Of a DNA stretch of 64,000 nucleotides, positions 9,342 to 19,200 are shown piece by piece. Made by a program: the position numbers and the translations under genes. Source of the stretch: a virus; the IMG/VR virus record IMGVR_UViG_3300028920_000054, positions 26,362-90,361 of that record; one strand, written 5' to 3'. The notes under the pieces are model-generated. The model searched no databases and was not told the origin of the DNA. It saw only the letters and a list, made by a program, of their open reading frames with translations. Numbering within the stretch: position 1 is the first letter of the stretch; every line of letters begins with the position of its first letter.

Positions 9342-10316
9342 ATGGCTAACACGAGTGGTAATGGTACAAGTTGGAACCTGCCAAACTATATTGGAACAAT
9401 ATATATGGTGGGGTCTGACAACAAAACCCCCTTTATTAACATGATGGGTGGGTTGGAAGGTGGAAAGGTTCGCTTGGTAGCAGATCAGCAGTTTGCGGTT
9501 TCTCAGCCTTGGGATTTGGCAACGGCTAGTTCGGCGAGTATTTCTGAAACAGCTTCAGCAACCGCATCTACAGCATATCAGTATGTAAGAAGTGCAGACT
9601 ACAACTCAACGCAGATACTTCAGAGACGGGTAAATGTTTCCTACACGAAACTATCTGCTACTGGACAGGTAACTGCCGACACTACAACCAATCTTATAGA
9701 TGCGAGCGAATGGGACCCCGCACAGAACGAGCTTGATTTCCAAATTAACGCAAACCTGAAGCAGATTGCGAAAGATCTTGAATACATATGTTTCAAGGGT
9801 GTATATCAGCAGGCTAGTTCCGCTGCTGTTGCTGGCAAGTCTCGTGGTCTTGAAGCTGTTGCTGCACTTTCCGGCTCTAGCACAGTTGCGGCTGGTAGCG
9901 TTGACCTTTCAAGAGACCTCGTAAACGAACTCTTGAGAACGATGCTTGACAAGGGTGCTGAATTTGAAAATCCCGTCCTGTTCTGTAATGCATTCCAGAA
10001 ACAGCAGATTTCCAATGAATACGGATATGAACCCGAAAGCAGGGATGTTGGTGGTGTGAATATTCAGCAGATTATGACAGACTTCTGCGTCCTTGGTGTA
10101 GTTTATTCTCCACAGGTAACTACAAGCACAGTCGTCATCGCAGATATGGCGTTTTGTCATCCTGTTTGGCTTCCAGTTCCCGGCAAGGGAGTTCTGTTCT
10201 ATGAGGAGCTGTCTAAAACGGGCGCGAGTGAAACGGGGCAGATATTCGGACAGTTCGGCCTGGACTCAGGTCCTAAGGAGTTCATAGGCTCAATTACCGG
10301 TTTAACAACAAGTTAA
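9342..10316 (+). CDS. major capsid protein (SU10/DUF5309-like)
   Basis: NLPNY.G, TPF..M.GG, N.TQI, ELDFQI...L..IA.D.E, YEEL.KTGA...GQ..GQ.GLD.G, G.ITGL; follows the scaffold. Confidence 0.85.
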   Translation: MANTSGNGTSWNLPNYIGTIYMVGSDNKTPFINMMGGLEGGKVRLVADQQFAVSQPWDLATASSASISETASATASTAYQYVRSADYNSTQILQRRVNVSYTKLSATGQVTADTTTNLIDASEWDPAQNELDFQINANLKQIAKDLEYICFKGVYQQASSAAVAGKSRGLEAVAALSGSSTVAAGSVDLSRDLVNELLRTMLDKGAEFENPVLFCNAFQKQQISNEYGYEPESRDVGGVNIQQIMTDFCVLGVVYSPQVTTSTVVIADMAFCHPVWLPVPGKGVLFYEELSKTGASETGQIFGQFGLDSGPKEFIGSITGLTTS

Positions 10317-10330
10317 GGTACTTACGATGG

Positions 10331-10355
10331 TTTCTTAAAGTAAAACTTTAAGAAA
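10331..10355. repeat. perfect 10-bp inverted repeat after the MCP
   Basis: TTTCTTAAAG-TAAAA-CTTTAAGAAA. Confidence 0.7.
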
Positions 10356-10377
10356 ATAAATCCACTTGGATACATTT

Positions 10378-11247
10378 ATGCACAATCTAATTTGTCAGTA
10401 TTGCGGAAAATCTTTTAGTGCAAGAAATTGGTACGCTAAATACTGTAGCCCTAACTGTAAGTCACATGCATATTCAGACAAGCATCGTGACGAAATAAAC
10501 AGTAGGGTTCGTAAAAACAGGGCTGGCAAAGAAGACAGAAAGAAAAATGGTAAATATACGCATAAATGTATCCATTGTGGAATAACGTTTCGATCAACAA
10601 GGCCCACCTGTTTGTCCTGTGGCAAACGAGACAAACTTCATCGGCCAAACGAAAAACAAACAATGGTAGAGTTGACCTGCGAACACTGTGGAAAGGTTTT
10701 CACAAAACCTAAAGCTCAATATGTTCAGGCAACCAAAAACGGTAAAAAGTTAGGGTGCTGTCAACGGCATACACACATATTGCATGGCCGCACTCTTTCT
10801 TTAACTTGCAGCGAATGTGGAAAGACATTTGAACGGGCCAAGTCTACTTACGAACACGACAATAAGGAAGGCGGACATGTGTTTTGCTCACGGGAATGTC
10901 AAGACAAAAACATAGATTACATTCTCAGGGGCGAAGACCACTACCACTATATTGACGGAAAATCAAGTGGGTATCGTGGTAAGGGTTGGAACAAAATTCG
11001 TAAGCGTATCAGAGAACGAGATAAACATACTTGTTATTTGTGTGGTAAGACAAGAGAAGATATTGGCAAGGAACTTGATGTCCACCATTTAATTAGGTTT
11101 GAAGATTTTGAAGATGAAAACGATGCTAACCAAGGGTATAATTTGATTTCACTTTGCCCTTGTTGTCATCACACTGAAGAAATTAATCCTACAATTTTAA
11201 GGATAGTCCCGTTGATTCGGGAGCGTAAGGAACGAATGGCAGCGTAG
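10378..11247 (+). CDS. HNH homing endonuclease with N-terminal zinc-finger repeats
   Basis: Repeated CxxCGKxF..CS..C units; RERD..TC..CG...LDVHH...NLISLC..CH. Confidence 0.88.
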   Translation: MHNLICQYCGKSFSARNWYAKYCSPNCKSHAYSDKHRDEINSRVRKNRAGKEDRKKNGKYTHKCIHCGITFRSTRPTCLSCGKRDKLHRPNEKQTMVELTCEHCGKVFTKPKAQYVQATKNGKKLGCCQRHTHILHGRTLSLTCSECGKTFERAKSTYEHDNKEGGHVFCSRECQDKNIDYILRGEDHYHYIDGKSSGYRGKGWNKIRKRIRERDKHTCYLCGKTREDIGKELDVHHLIRFEDFEDENDANQGYNLISLCPCCHHTEEINPTILRIVPLIRERKERMAA

Positions 11248-11273
11248 ACTGCCTACTTACAGGAGGAAATAAA

Positions 11274-11684
11274 ATGGCAGATGGAAATGTGTTCGATTAC
11301 ACAAGAGTAAGAAGCCCCGACATGAAGGAAGTCATGAAAAACATTGACACGGCATTTTCTGTCGCTCATGCGGAAACTCTTACCACAAGTTATACAGTTT
11401 TAACAACCGATCTTGGTAAGACAATCAGGGTGAACGCTGCCGGAAACCTTACAATGACACTTCCGGCTGTCGGTGCGACTGAAGATGGGGCAAAACTTAC
11501 ATTCGTTAAGCAGGGCGCTGGTAAAATGACGATTCTAGCATCAACCGGTGATAAAGTTGGCGGTTCTGCTGCAACCGGATTTTATGCATCTGAAACTGAT
11601 AATGCCGTTCTTGGATTGGAATATGTGCATGGTGCTACTACATGGGCGATAGTGTCCAAGGAAGGAACCTTTGCGTCAACGTAA
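11274..11684 (+). CDS. putative virion decoration protein, paralog 1
   Basis: YTV...D.G.TI, TLPA repeats; highly similar to the next gene. Confidence 0.6.
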   Translation: MADGNVFDYTRVRSPDMKEVMKNIDTAFSVAHAETLTTSYTVLTTDLGKTIRVNAAGNLTMTLPAVGATEDGAKLTFVKQGAGKMTILASTGDKVGGSAATGFYASETDNAVLGLEYVHGATTWAIVSKEGTFAST

Positions 11685-11726
11685 GGAACTAACGACGTTT
11701 AAGCGTCTACTTACAAGGAGAGTATA

Positions 11727-12137
11727 ATGGCTAAGGGAAACATTTTTGATTATACACGAGTTCGCAGTCCTGACATGGATGAGATTATGAAGAATATTGA
11801 TACCGCTTTTGCGGTAGGCAACCCATCCACTGTAACTACTGCATATACCGTTACGAGCGCTGACTTTGGTACTACTATTCGTATCAATTCAGCAAGCACA
11901 GTTACCGTAACACTTCCCGCTGTGGGTGCTTCGGATGATGGAGCGACAATAACCTTCATTAAGCAGGGTGCGGGAGATATTGCTATCACGGCAGGAACGG
12001 GCGACTATATAGATGGAAGTCCTTCTTCTGGCAGCACATATTCGTCAGATACCAAATCGGCACTGAAGATTCAGTATGTCCATGGGATGACCGAGTGGGT
12101 TGTTATTGATGAAGTCGGAACTTTTGCGACAATGTAA
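11727..12137 (+). CDS. putative virion decoration protein, paralog 2
   Basis: Same length (136 aa) and shares FDYTRVRSPDM..MKNIDTAF, TLPAVGA..DGA..TF.KQGAG, YVHG.T.W. Confidence 0.6.
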   Translation: MAKGNIFDYTRVRSPDMDEIMKNIDTAFAVGNPSTVTTAYTVTSADFGTTIRINSASTVTVTLPAVGASDDGATITFIKQGAGDIAITAGTGDYIDGSPSSGSTYSSDTKSALKIQYVHGMTEWVVIDEVGTFATM

Positions 12138-12181
12138 CCAAGGTGGGGGAGTCTAGTACTCCCCTATACCGGGAGGACAAT

Positions 12182-12676
12182 ATGAAATTTTATAAAAAAG
12201 ATATACCCGGAGTTTATTTGCCGGGAGTGGTGTGGAACCCAATCACACGCAGAAGGTGGTGCAGCTTTGATGCTGGTGGGGGAGTTGTTGAAACAGATAA
12301 CCCCCAACTTATAGAATACTTGCTAAACCTTGGATATCCACACGATGAAGTTCCTGAAGTAAAGGCGGTTGAACCAGAAACTTCCGATGTTAATGAAGCC
12401 AAGGAACAGGCAGAAGAAGAAATAACCTCTATTGGCCCACTTAAAATGGATGCCATAGTAGAACACAAAAAAGAAGACGAACCTTCAAAATTCAAAACAA
12501 GGTCAGAACTTAACGACTACGTTAAGACCAAATACGGGAAATCGCAACGAGCGATGAACCGAGAAGAACTTATCATATACGCTTCTTCTGAATTTGGTGT
12601 CGAACTTACAGATACGAATTGGATGCAATTACAGAAGAAAGTAAAGGATTTGGAGGAATCGTCTTTGGAAAGCTAA
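12182..12676 (+). CDS. hypothetical protein (head region)
   Basis: GGAGG RBS before ATG 12182. Confidence 0.55.
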   Translation: MKFYKKDIPGVYLPGVVWNPITRRRWCSFDAGGGVVETDNPQLIEYLLNLGYPHDEVPEVKAVEPETSDVNEAKEQAEEEITSIGPLKMDAIVEHKKEDEPSKFKTRSELNDYVKTKYGKSQRAMNREELIIYASSEFGVELTDTNWMQLQKKVKDLEESSLES

Positions 12677-12688
12677 AAGGAGTAGGTC

Positions 12689-13075
12689 ATGAGTAGAACA
12701 CCTACAGTAATGAAAAACTTTTCCAAGGACTCAGCGTTTGTTACCTATGAGTCTAGTTCTGGGACTCTTGACTTTACATTGTCCGCAAACTTTGCAACCT
12801 ACTCCAACTTTGAATACGAGTTGTTGGGCGTAGAATTGCATATTGTTGGCACAGCACCAACTACTACAGAAAACTTCACGGTAATAAGAGATGCGACAGC
12901 TGGAAGTCCATACGACGCAAAGCTGTATTCTAAGGATATGGGTGGGGTTAAAGATATAGTGTGGGGACCTGAAGAACCGCTTCTGTTTGCATTAAACGAC
13001 GAAGTTGATATTGCATGGCTTAACTCTGAAGCCAAAACATACGGTCTTTCGGTGCGGTATCGGAGGCTGACATAA
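12689..13075 (+). CDS. putative virion protein
   Basis: RBS; beta-rich composition; operon context. Confidence 0.5.
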   Translation: MSRTPTVMKNFSKDSAFVTYESSSGTLDFTLSANFATYSNFEYELLGVELHIVGTAPTTTENFTVIRDATAGSPYDAKLYSKDMGGVKDIVWGPEEPLLFALNDEVDIAWLNSEAKTYGLSVRYRRLT

Positions 13076-13641
13076 TGGAAATAATAAACGGAATAGACAT
13101 AAACACAGGAGCAACAGCGGCTTCACTTTCAGACATTGCTGCAAACGTTATCGGAATAACAGGCTACGCAACAGAAGCTTCTCTTTCCGAAGGTCTTGCT
13201 GGAATTATAGGTATAACAGGCTACTCAACGGAAGCTTCCGTCTCTGAAGTTGCCTCAAGTGCGATATCAATTAAAACAACAACAGACAAATTAGCCGGAT
13301 CAATTGCCGCAAGTGCCACAACTGCAAGCTGGAACACATCAGAAGCAAACATAGTTTCAATAGGGGCCAATGACACAAAATACAAACTTCATTCTCTCGT
13401 GGTAGACATGAACGCACTTCATGTTGGAGCCACCATTACACTCAGGATGTATTCTCAAATAAATGGGACAGAACGAAAGCTGTACGATGAAGACTATGTT
13501 GTTGGAACAGACCCAGATGGCGTGTGGCTTGTGGATGGAACCGTTGGGATACACGAGGTGCTAAGAGTTTCCGCAGAAAGCAATGCGGCAACAGATGACG
13601 GTGCTTCAATACCATACGATTACATCCTTGAAGAAATGTAA
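13075..13641 (+). CDS. putative virion protein with internal repeat
   Basis: IGITGY.TEAS.SE repeated; stop/start coupling. Confidence 0.5.
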   Translation: MEIINGIDINTGATAASLSDIAANVIGITGYATEASLSEGLAGIIGITGYSTEASVSEVASSAISIKTTTDKLAGSIAASATTASWNTSEANIVSIGANDTKYKLHSLVVDMNALHVGATITLRMYSQINGTERKLYDEDYVVGTDPDGVWLVDGTVGIHEVLRVSAESNAATDDGASIPYDYILEEM

Positions 13642-13653
13642 TGGTGATGCACC

Positions 13654-14289
13654 ATGAGCGTAAATTATAACACCAAAAAACTCAAAAAGACAGCAGGGCG
13701 GTTTGGAGATTCCACAAACTATTTAGATATAGATGAAAGTGGGATACTTACCTTGGTTGGTGATGCAGAAAGAAACATAACGCTGCGTCCAGATATTCAA
13801 TACGATGAAATAAATAAGGCGGTAGCTCCATCCCTTGAATACTATGGACCACACACCTACTACTCGCTTCCTGTATGGAATGACGATGGTGAGGAAATTT
13901 TTGCCACACTAAACATACCACAGAGGTGGGATGGAACAACGGCACCACGCATTCATTTACATACGGTACTCACAGGAACAGAGGTTATTGGGCACAAGTA
14001 TAAACTAGAAGTTGCATATTCTGTATCAACTCCGTCTGGTTCTTTGGTAAGTCCTGCGTCGACGATAGCTTCAGCAGAAACAGCAATTGTTGATGGAAAA
14101 ACTTCAGCGTATAGCTGTTATCTTACAGAAGTTGATATCGGAACAGGATTTAGTTGGGATGATACGCTGTCACTTAGAGTGAGAAGGGTGGACGCAACTG
14201 AAGCAACAAACCTTGATAATGAACTCGGGTTGCACGACTTTCACGTAGACTTTAAAAGAAACAGGCTTGGTGGTGATTGGGGTTATTAA
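13654..14289 (+). CDS. putative virion protein
   Basis: P..WDG.T and L.VRR.D patterns seen in phage jelly-roll-type structural proteins. Confidence 0.5.
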   Translation: MSVNYNTKKLKKTAGRFGDSTNYLDIDESGILTLVGDAERNITLRPDIQYDEINKAVAPSLEYYGPHTYYSLPVWNDDGEEIFATLNIPQRWDGTTAPRIHLHTVLTGTEVIGHKYKLEVAYSVSTPSGSLVSPASTIASAETAIVDGKTSAYSCYLTEVDIGTGFSWDDTLSLRVRRVDATEATNLDNELGLHDFHVDFKRNRLGGDWGY

Positions 14290-14552
14290 CTATGTCCATT
14301 CCGGTGGTTATAAAGGGGCACAAAATGACGAGTAAGGTTTTCGGAATAATTTTCGGGACTGTTTTTGCTGGATTGATTGTGTGTTGGATTTCTAGTGTTT
14401 CCCATTCAACCGTTCAAAATAAAGTTGCTATTGCTGAAACACGTCAAGAATTAAGGTCTGAAATGAAAGGAATAGCAAACACGCTTAATATACATTATGG
14501 GCTGTTAAAAGAAATACGGGACGACCAAAAGAAGCGAAACGGTGGGTCATGA
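14277..14552 (+). CDS. single-TM membrane protein (holin/lysis-associated candidate)
   Basis: Hydrophobic stretch VFGIIFGTVFAGLIVCWI followed by a coiled coil; upstream of lysozyme; start uncertain. Confidence 0.45.
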   Translation: MGLLTMSIPVVIKGHKMTSKVFGIIFGTVFAGLIVCWISSVSHSTVQNKVAIAETRQELRSEMKGIANTLNIHYGLLKEIRDDQKKRNGGS

Positions 14553-14989
14553 AGAAATTTGTCACCACAACTATCTTAGTAGCGTTTTTGTTATCGGGGT
14601 GTGTTGCGATGCAGGTTATACCCGAAAGAAATACGTCGCTAGAGATTAAAACCATTGTACTTACAAACGAAGCAACGATGGATTCAAGCGGTGGCAAGGT
14701 CTTGGTATTGGAGGCAGAGGCAGATGGGTGGGCTTATAAGACAATGATATTTATAAGGAACCAAACCGTTTTAGTTGAATATATGCTTCAGACCAATCAA
14801 TATGTTGTGCATGGAACAATGTTGGATAAGGATGGAAATGGCTCTGTTGATGATTGGTACACATTGGTCAACAACGTTAAGATTGAAGTAAGTTCAGAAG
14901 ACATTCAGGAATATTACGACAATAGCTTTTTGAAATTCGTTAGATATGTATCAAAAAACGGAACGCTTAATCGTGGTGAAGCGGCATGA
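14549..14989 (+). CDS. lipoprotein
   Basis: Signal peptide with lipobox LSGC; DKDGNGSVD Ca-binding-like loop. Confidence 0.65.
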   Translation: MKKFVTTTILVAFLLSGCVAMQVIPERNTSLEIKTIVLTNEATMDSSGGKVLVLEAEADGWAYKTMIFIRNQTVLVEYMLQTNQYVVHGTMLDKDGNGSVDDWYTLVNNVKIEVSSEDIQEYYDNSFLKFVRYVSKNGTLNRGEAA

Positions 14990-15444
14990 ACTACAAGAAA
15001 GTTAAAGAGTATATTTCTAACAACGAAGGTTGTAAGCAAAAACCCTACATGGATACCAAGGGATATTGGACGATAGGGAAGGGGCACAGGCTATTTGGTA
15101 AACCCTCAGATGAAATGATAAAAAGGGGAATTTCAGAAGAAGAAATAGAGAAATTGTTTCATCAAGACATACTCACAGCACACATGGCGTGTAAGAACGC
15201 ATTTAACGGTTTTGATTCATTCCCTGAAGATGCAAAAATAGTTTTAATGGACATGGCATTTAATATTGGTGAGGGGAGCGACACAAGAAAGACTGGGGTT
15301 GAGGGTTTTGACAACATGCAGAAAGCGGTTGAAGAAAAGAATTGGAACGAAGCGGCATGGCAAATGCTTGATTCAAAATACGCAAAAGAAGACGTGCCTG
15401 AACGGGCAATAAGGAATGCGTTGATACTAAGGAAAGTGATATGA
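14986..15444 (+). CDS. endolysin, T4-like lysozyme (GH24)
   Basis: EG....PY.DT.G.WTIG.GH, MAFN.G, F..M..A, ML.SK.A. Confidence 0.9.
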   Translation: MNYKKVKEYISNNEGCKQKPYMDTKGYWTIGKGHRLFGKPSDEMIKRGISEEEIEKLFHQDILTAHMACKNAFNGFDSFPEDAKIVLMDMAFNIGEGSDTRKTGVEGFDNMQKAVEEKNWNEAAWQMLDSKYAKEDVPERAIRNALILRKVI

Positions 15445-16004
15445 AAAACGACCTTTCTTTATATTTACCAGTTAGAAGTCAGATGCGAACCGGAGACCTA
15501 TTACAGTGGCATTCTAACAGTGTCCTTGGGAAGATGATTCGTGCCAAAACACACAAAGACAGACCAAAATATGAAGTAGAAAACGATATAAACGTAAACC
15601 ATTCATCTCTAGTTATATGCTTGAAGGAAGTAGAATCGGGTGACTTAAGAATACACACGAACGAAGCCATGGAAAAGGGAACAGTTCCCGCTTTTTTGTC
15701 GGTAAGGCTTCAACAGTTTGATGGCCACGTGTGGTGGTATCCACTTAACGATGAAATAGAAGGAACTTTTAACGTAGACAGAGTTAAGATAGGACGAAAT
15801 GCATTTGAATATCTTGGTGTTGGATATGATTATTGGGCAATAGCAAAAAAACTTGTTAACATCAAAACGAGAATAGATATAAGAAAATTATTCTGCAATG
15901 AATATTGTAGCGTATGCTATGGGGTAAGGATGGGTGCTGTAGCACGAAGTCCAAATGCCATGCCTAGATTACACATACACAAAACACCAATAATGATTTT
16001 ATAG
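15441..16004 (+). CDS. permuted papain-like NlpC/P60 (YiiX/YebB-like) enzyme
   Basis: GDLL, H (NHSS) before C (FCNE), G..YD. Confidence 0.7.
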   Translation: MKNDLSLYLPVRSQMRTGDLLQWHSNSVLGKMIRAKTHKDRPKYEVENDINVNHSSLVICLKEVESGDLRIHTNEAMEKGTVPAFLSVRLQQFDGHVWWYPLNDEIEGTFNVDRVKIGRNAFEYLGVGYDYWAIAKKLVNIKTRIDIRKLFCNEYCSVCYGVRMGAVARSPNAMPRLHIHKTPIMIL

Positions 16005-16009
16005 GTGGA

Positions 16010-16234
16010 GTGATGGAAGAAATAAGTTTTCTACAATGGTTGGCAAACGGTGGGTTGCAGGACTATCTTGAATTGGTAGTTAAAAACAACGCATTTCTTT
16101 TGGGTATTATATATGGCATTCCAAAATACTTTGCTGTGGTTTTAGGGAAACAGGGGGAAAACAAACTGATAGACTTGGTTGGTTTGGGGTGGAATACAGC
16201 GAAGGAATCATGGAAAGAACGTAAAAGCAAATAG
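16010..16234 (+). CDS. small membrane protein (holin candidate)
   Basis: Hydrophobic segment and basic C-terminus, next to the lysin. Confidence 0.4.
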   Translation: MMEEISFLQWLANGGLQDYLELVVKNNAFLLGIIYGIPKYFAVVLGKQGENKLIDLVGLGWNTAKESWKERKSK

Positions 16235-16253
16235 TTATGCAGGACATTAATTA

Positions 16254-19200
16254 ATGCAGTGGGTTTTTAAAGTAGGATATAAAAAACTTGTTCCTGATTT
16301 GACAACAAGACTGAAATATTGGTCTGACTGTCAACTAGTGGACATACGCCCTTCAGGGTTTTATCCTACTAAAGCGGGAAAGCACTTCTGCATTATTGAA
16401 GACGGGAAAGATTACTGGAAAGTTAGAAGCACTACCGACTGGAAGTCCACGAAGAAAAGTGTTCTTGACCTGAAAAAATACCTTACAGTTGCAGATGCAA
16501 AGGGGAAGTATCCGTGGGATGCAGGATATAATGAAAACACGGTTCCGAAGAGAAAGCGGGACTGGTTTATTGATTACAAATCACTGTTAGATAAAAAGCA
16601 TATTACTGATTCGCAATTTGATGGAATTTACGATAAATCATGGGAGGAAATAATCGTTCTTGAGGGTGACATTACGCAATTGCTTACTCATGAAGATGCA
16701 AAAACACGCTTGCAATCTATATATTCTGATAAGACCGGAACCGTTGCACAAAACGGAGCTGGTGCAGGAACAGATGGGGCTTTTACTATAGGTGCGACCG
16801 GAGATTACGCAACCCTGACGTTGGCAGAAGCAGATATTGCGGCTCAACTCACTGGGGACTTAACCTTTGAACACCTTAATGAGCAAACCGCCATATCCTC
16901 ATTGGTACAGTTTGACCTTGATACAAATGGACACCTATTAAAAATAACAGCATCACCTGGGGCGGAACACAACGGTGGTGCGTACGGGAATGGAGCAAGA
17001 ATAGACAGGGGAACATATGATGATATCAGATGTCTTGAGACTGTCGAGGGGAGCTTTGATGATTTAGAATTTTCAAATCTAGCTTTTGATGTTTCTGGGG
17101 CTGGGAATGACGGGTTGTTCTTGTCGAATGGAGCTAAAGGGGGAACGTGGACTGTAAACCGTTGTTTGTTTAAGGGGGGGTCTAGTTCTGTTAGTCTACT
17201 AAGGGTTTATTACAATGCAAAAAACGTAATATTGAAAAACAATATTGTTTATGGAAACGATGGAACATATGGGGGAATTGTCCTAGAATCAATTTATGCT
17301 GGAAGCCATCAAGTGTATAACAATACTTGCGTTGGAAATCGTTTTGGAATCAAACAAGATTACGCTTCAGAATCAACAACAACGATGGTTTTTAAAAATA
17401 ATCTTTGTCAAGCCAATACGTCTGATTTCATTGATGATGGGGCTGGCTTTGGAACTACGGGTCACAATATTTCTGAGGACGATACAAGCCCTGACGCTTC
17501 ATACCAAGAAAAAGACCTGCATACAAATTCCATATTTTTAGATTACGATAACAACGATTATCGTCTTAATTCTGCCGGAGATGCTACAAATCTTGCCATA
17601 GTTGATGACGGTGAAGACCTGTCTGTAATATTCACAGATGACATTCAGGGGCAGACACGCTCAACTTGGTACATTGGGGCGAGCGAAATAGTCTCTAGCG
17701 AAGAAACAATAACCATAACACCTTCCATCGACGCCCTTGTTGCTAAAACATTTACCAAAACAGCCTCCCTTGACGCTCTTTTACAATCGGTCAGAACAGA
17801 CACACTTTCAATAGACTCGTTGCTTTATGCAACCAAAACGCAAGAAGTCTCGTTAGATTCGCTTTTGCAAGCAGTTAAAACAGGAGCGCTATCCATTGAT
17901 TCGTTAGTTTCCGTTGCTAGAACAATAACCGTTTCCCTTGACTCTTTATTGGCGGTGGTCGGAACCGATACAGTTTTAATAGATGCTCTTTTACAATCAG
18001 CAAAGACACAGAAAGTTTCCTTGGATGCGCTTTTACAGGCGGTTAAAAGTGGTTCGCTGTCGATTGATGCGTTACTGCAATTAACAAAGACTAAAACGAT
18101 TTCAATGGATACCCTGCTTAGTGCTGTTAAAACGGGTGAAACTTCCCTAGATTCTATGCTTGCAGTCGTTGGGACTAAGACTGTTTCAATAGACACGCTT
18201 ATTCAGGCAGTTAAGGAAGGTGTTCTGTCCATAGATACTTTGATTCAGGCAACAAAAACAACTTCGGCTTCGATAGACTCGTTATTGCAAGACAGCAAAA
18301 GCAATACGGTTTCTTTAGATTCAATGTTACGGGCAGTAAAAAGCGGAACCACTTCACTTGATTCTATTCTTGCTGTAATCGGAACAAAAACTATTTCACT
18401 TGATGCGCTGTTAAGCGCTACAAAAACAGGAACGCTTTCGATAGATTCATTGATACAAGCAGTTGGAACAAAGACGGTTTCAATGGATGCATTGTTGCAA
18501 GAAGTTAAGTCTGGAACATTGTCGTTAGATGTGTTCCTTGAGGCAACACAAACCAAGGAACTTTATTTAGACGCTCTTATAGAAGCAGTAAAGTCTGGTG
18601 TCGTTTCGTTAGATACCATTTTGTCTTCAGGCTTATCTAACACCATTTCGTTAGACGTTCTTTTACAAGCAGTAAAAACCAACACGATATCGCTAGACAC
18701 TTTAATGCTGTTGGCTAAAACGCAGACAGTCTCAATCGACACCATTCTGGCTGTCGCTAACAGCGTTGGAATATCGGTTGACGCACTTTTAGAGGCAAGC
18801 AAGGCGAACACCATTTCACTAGATTCGTTGTTACAGGCAGTAAAGAGTGGCGTGGTTTCCATAGACGCTATATTGGCAGGTGGAACAGGAATAATTCTTT
18901 CACTCGATGCTCTTTTACAAAGCACCAAAACCGGGGTTGTTTCAATAGATTCATTGGTTCAGGTTGCAAAGACAGATTCTACCATGCTTGATTCTATTAT
19001 ATCAATGACAATGGAATCGACTTCTGTGCTTGACGCTTTTATTCAAAAAGCACAGACATCTTATGTTTCGATAGACACGTTGTTGCAGTCTGTCAAAACA
19101 AAAATACTTTCGATTGATGCCCTGTTAAGTCTAGTAAAATCGGTTTCAGTTTCGATAGACAGTCTTTTGATGGCAACCAAAGATGAAGTTCTGTCCATTG

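Noticed and set aside
10317-11273. Group I intron in the capsid gene
   Set aside because: The MCP has a normal-looking C-terminus and stop; no intron core elements recognised; treated as a free-standing HNH
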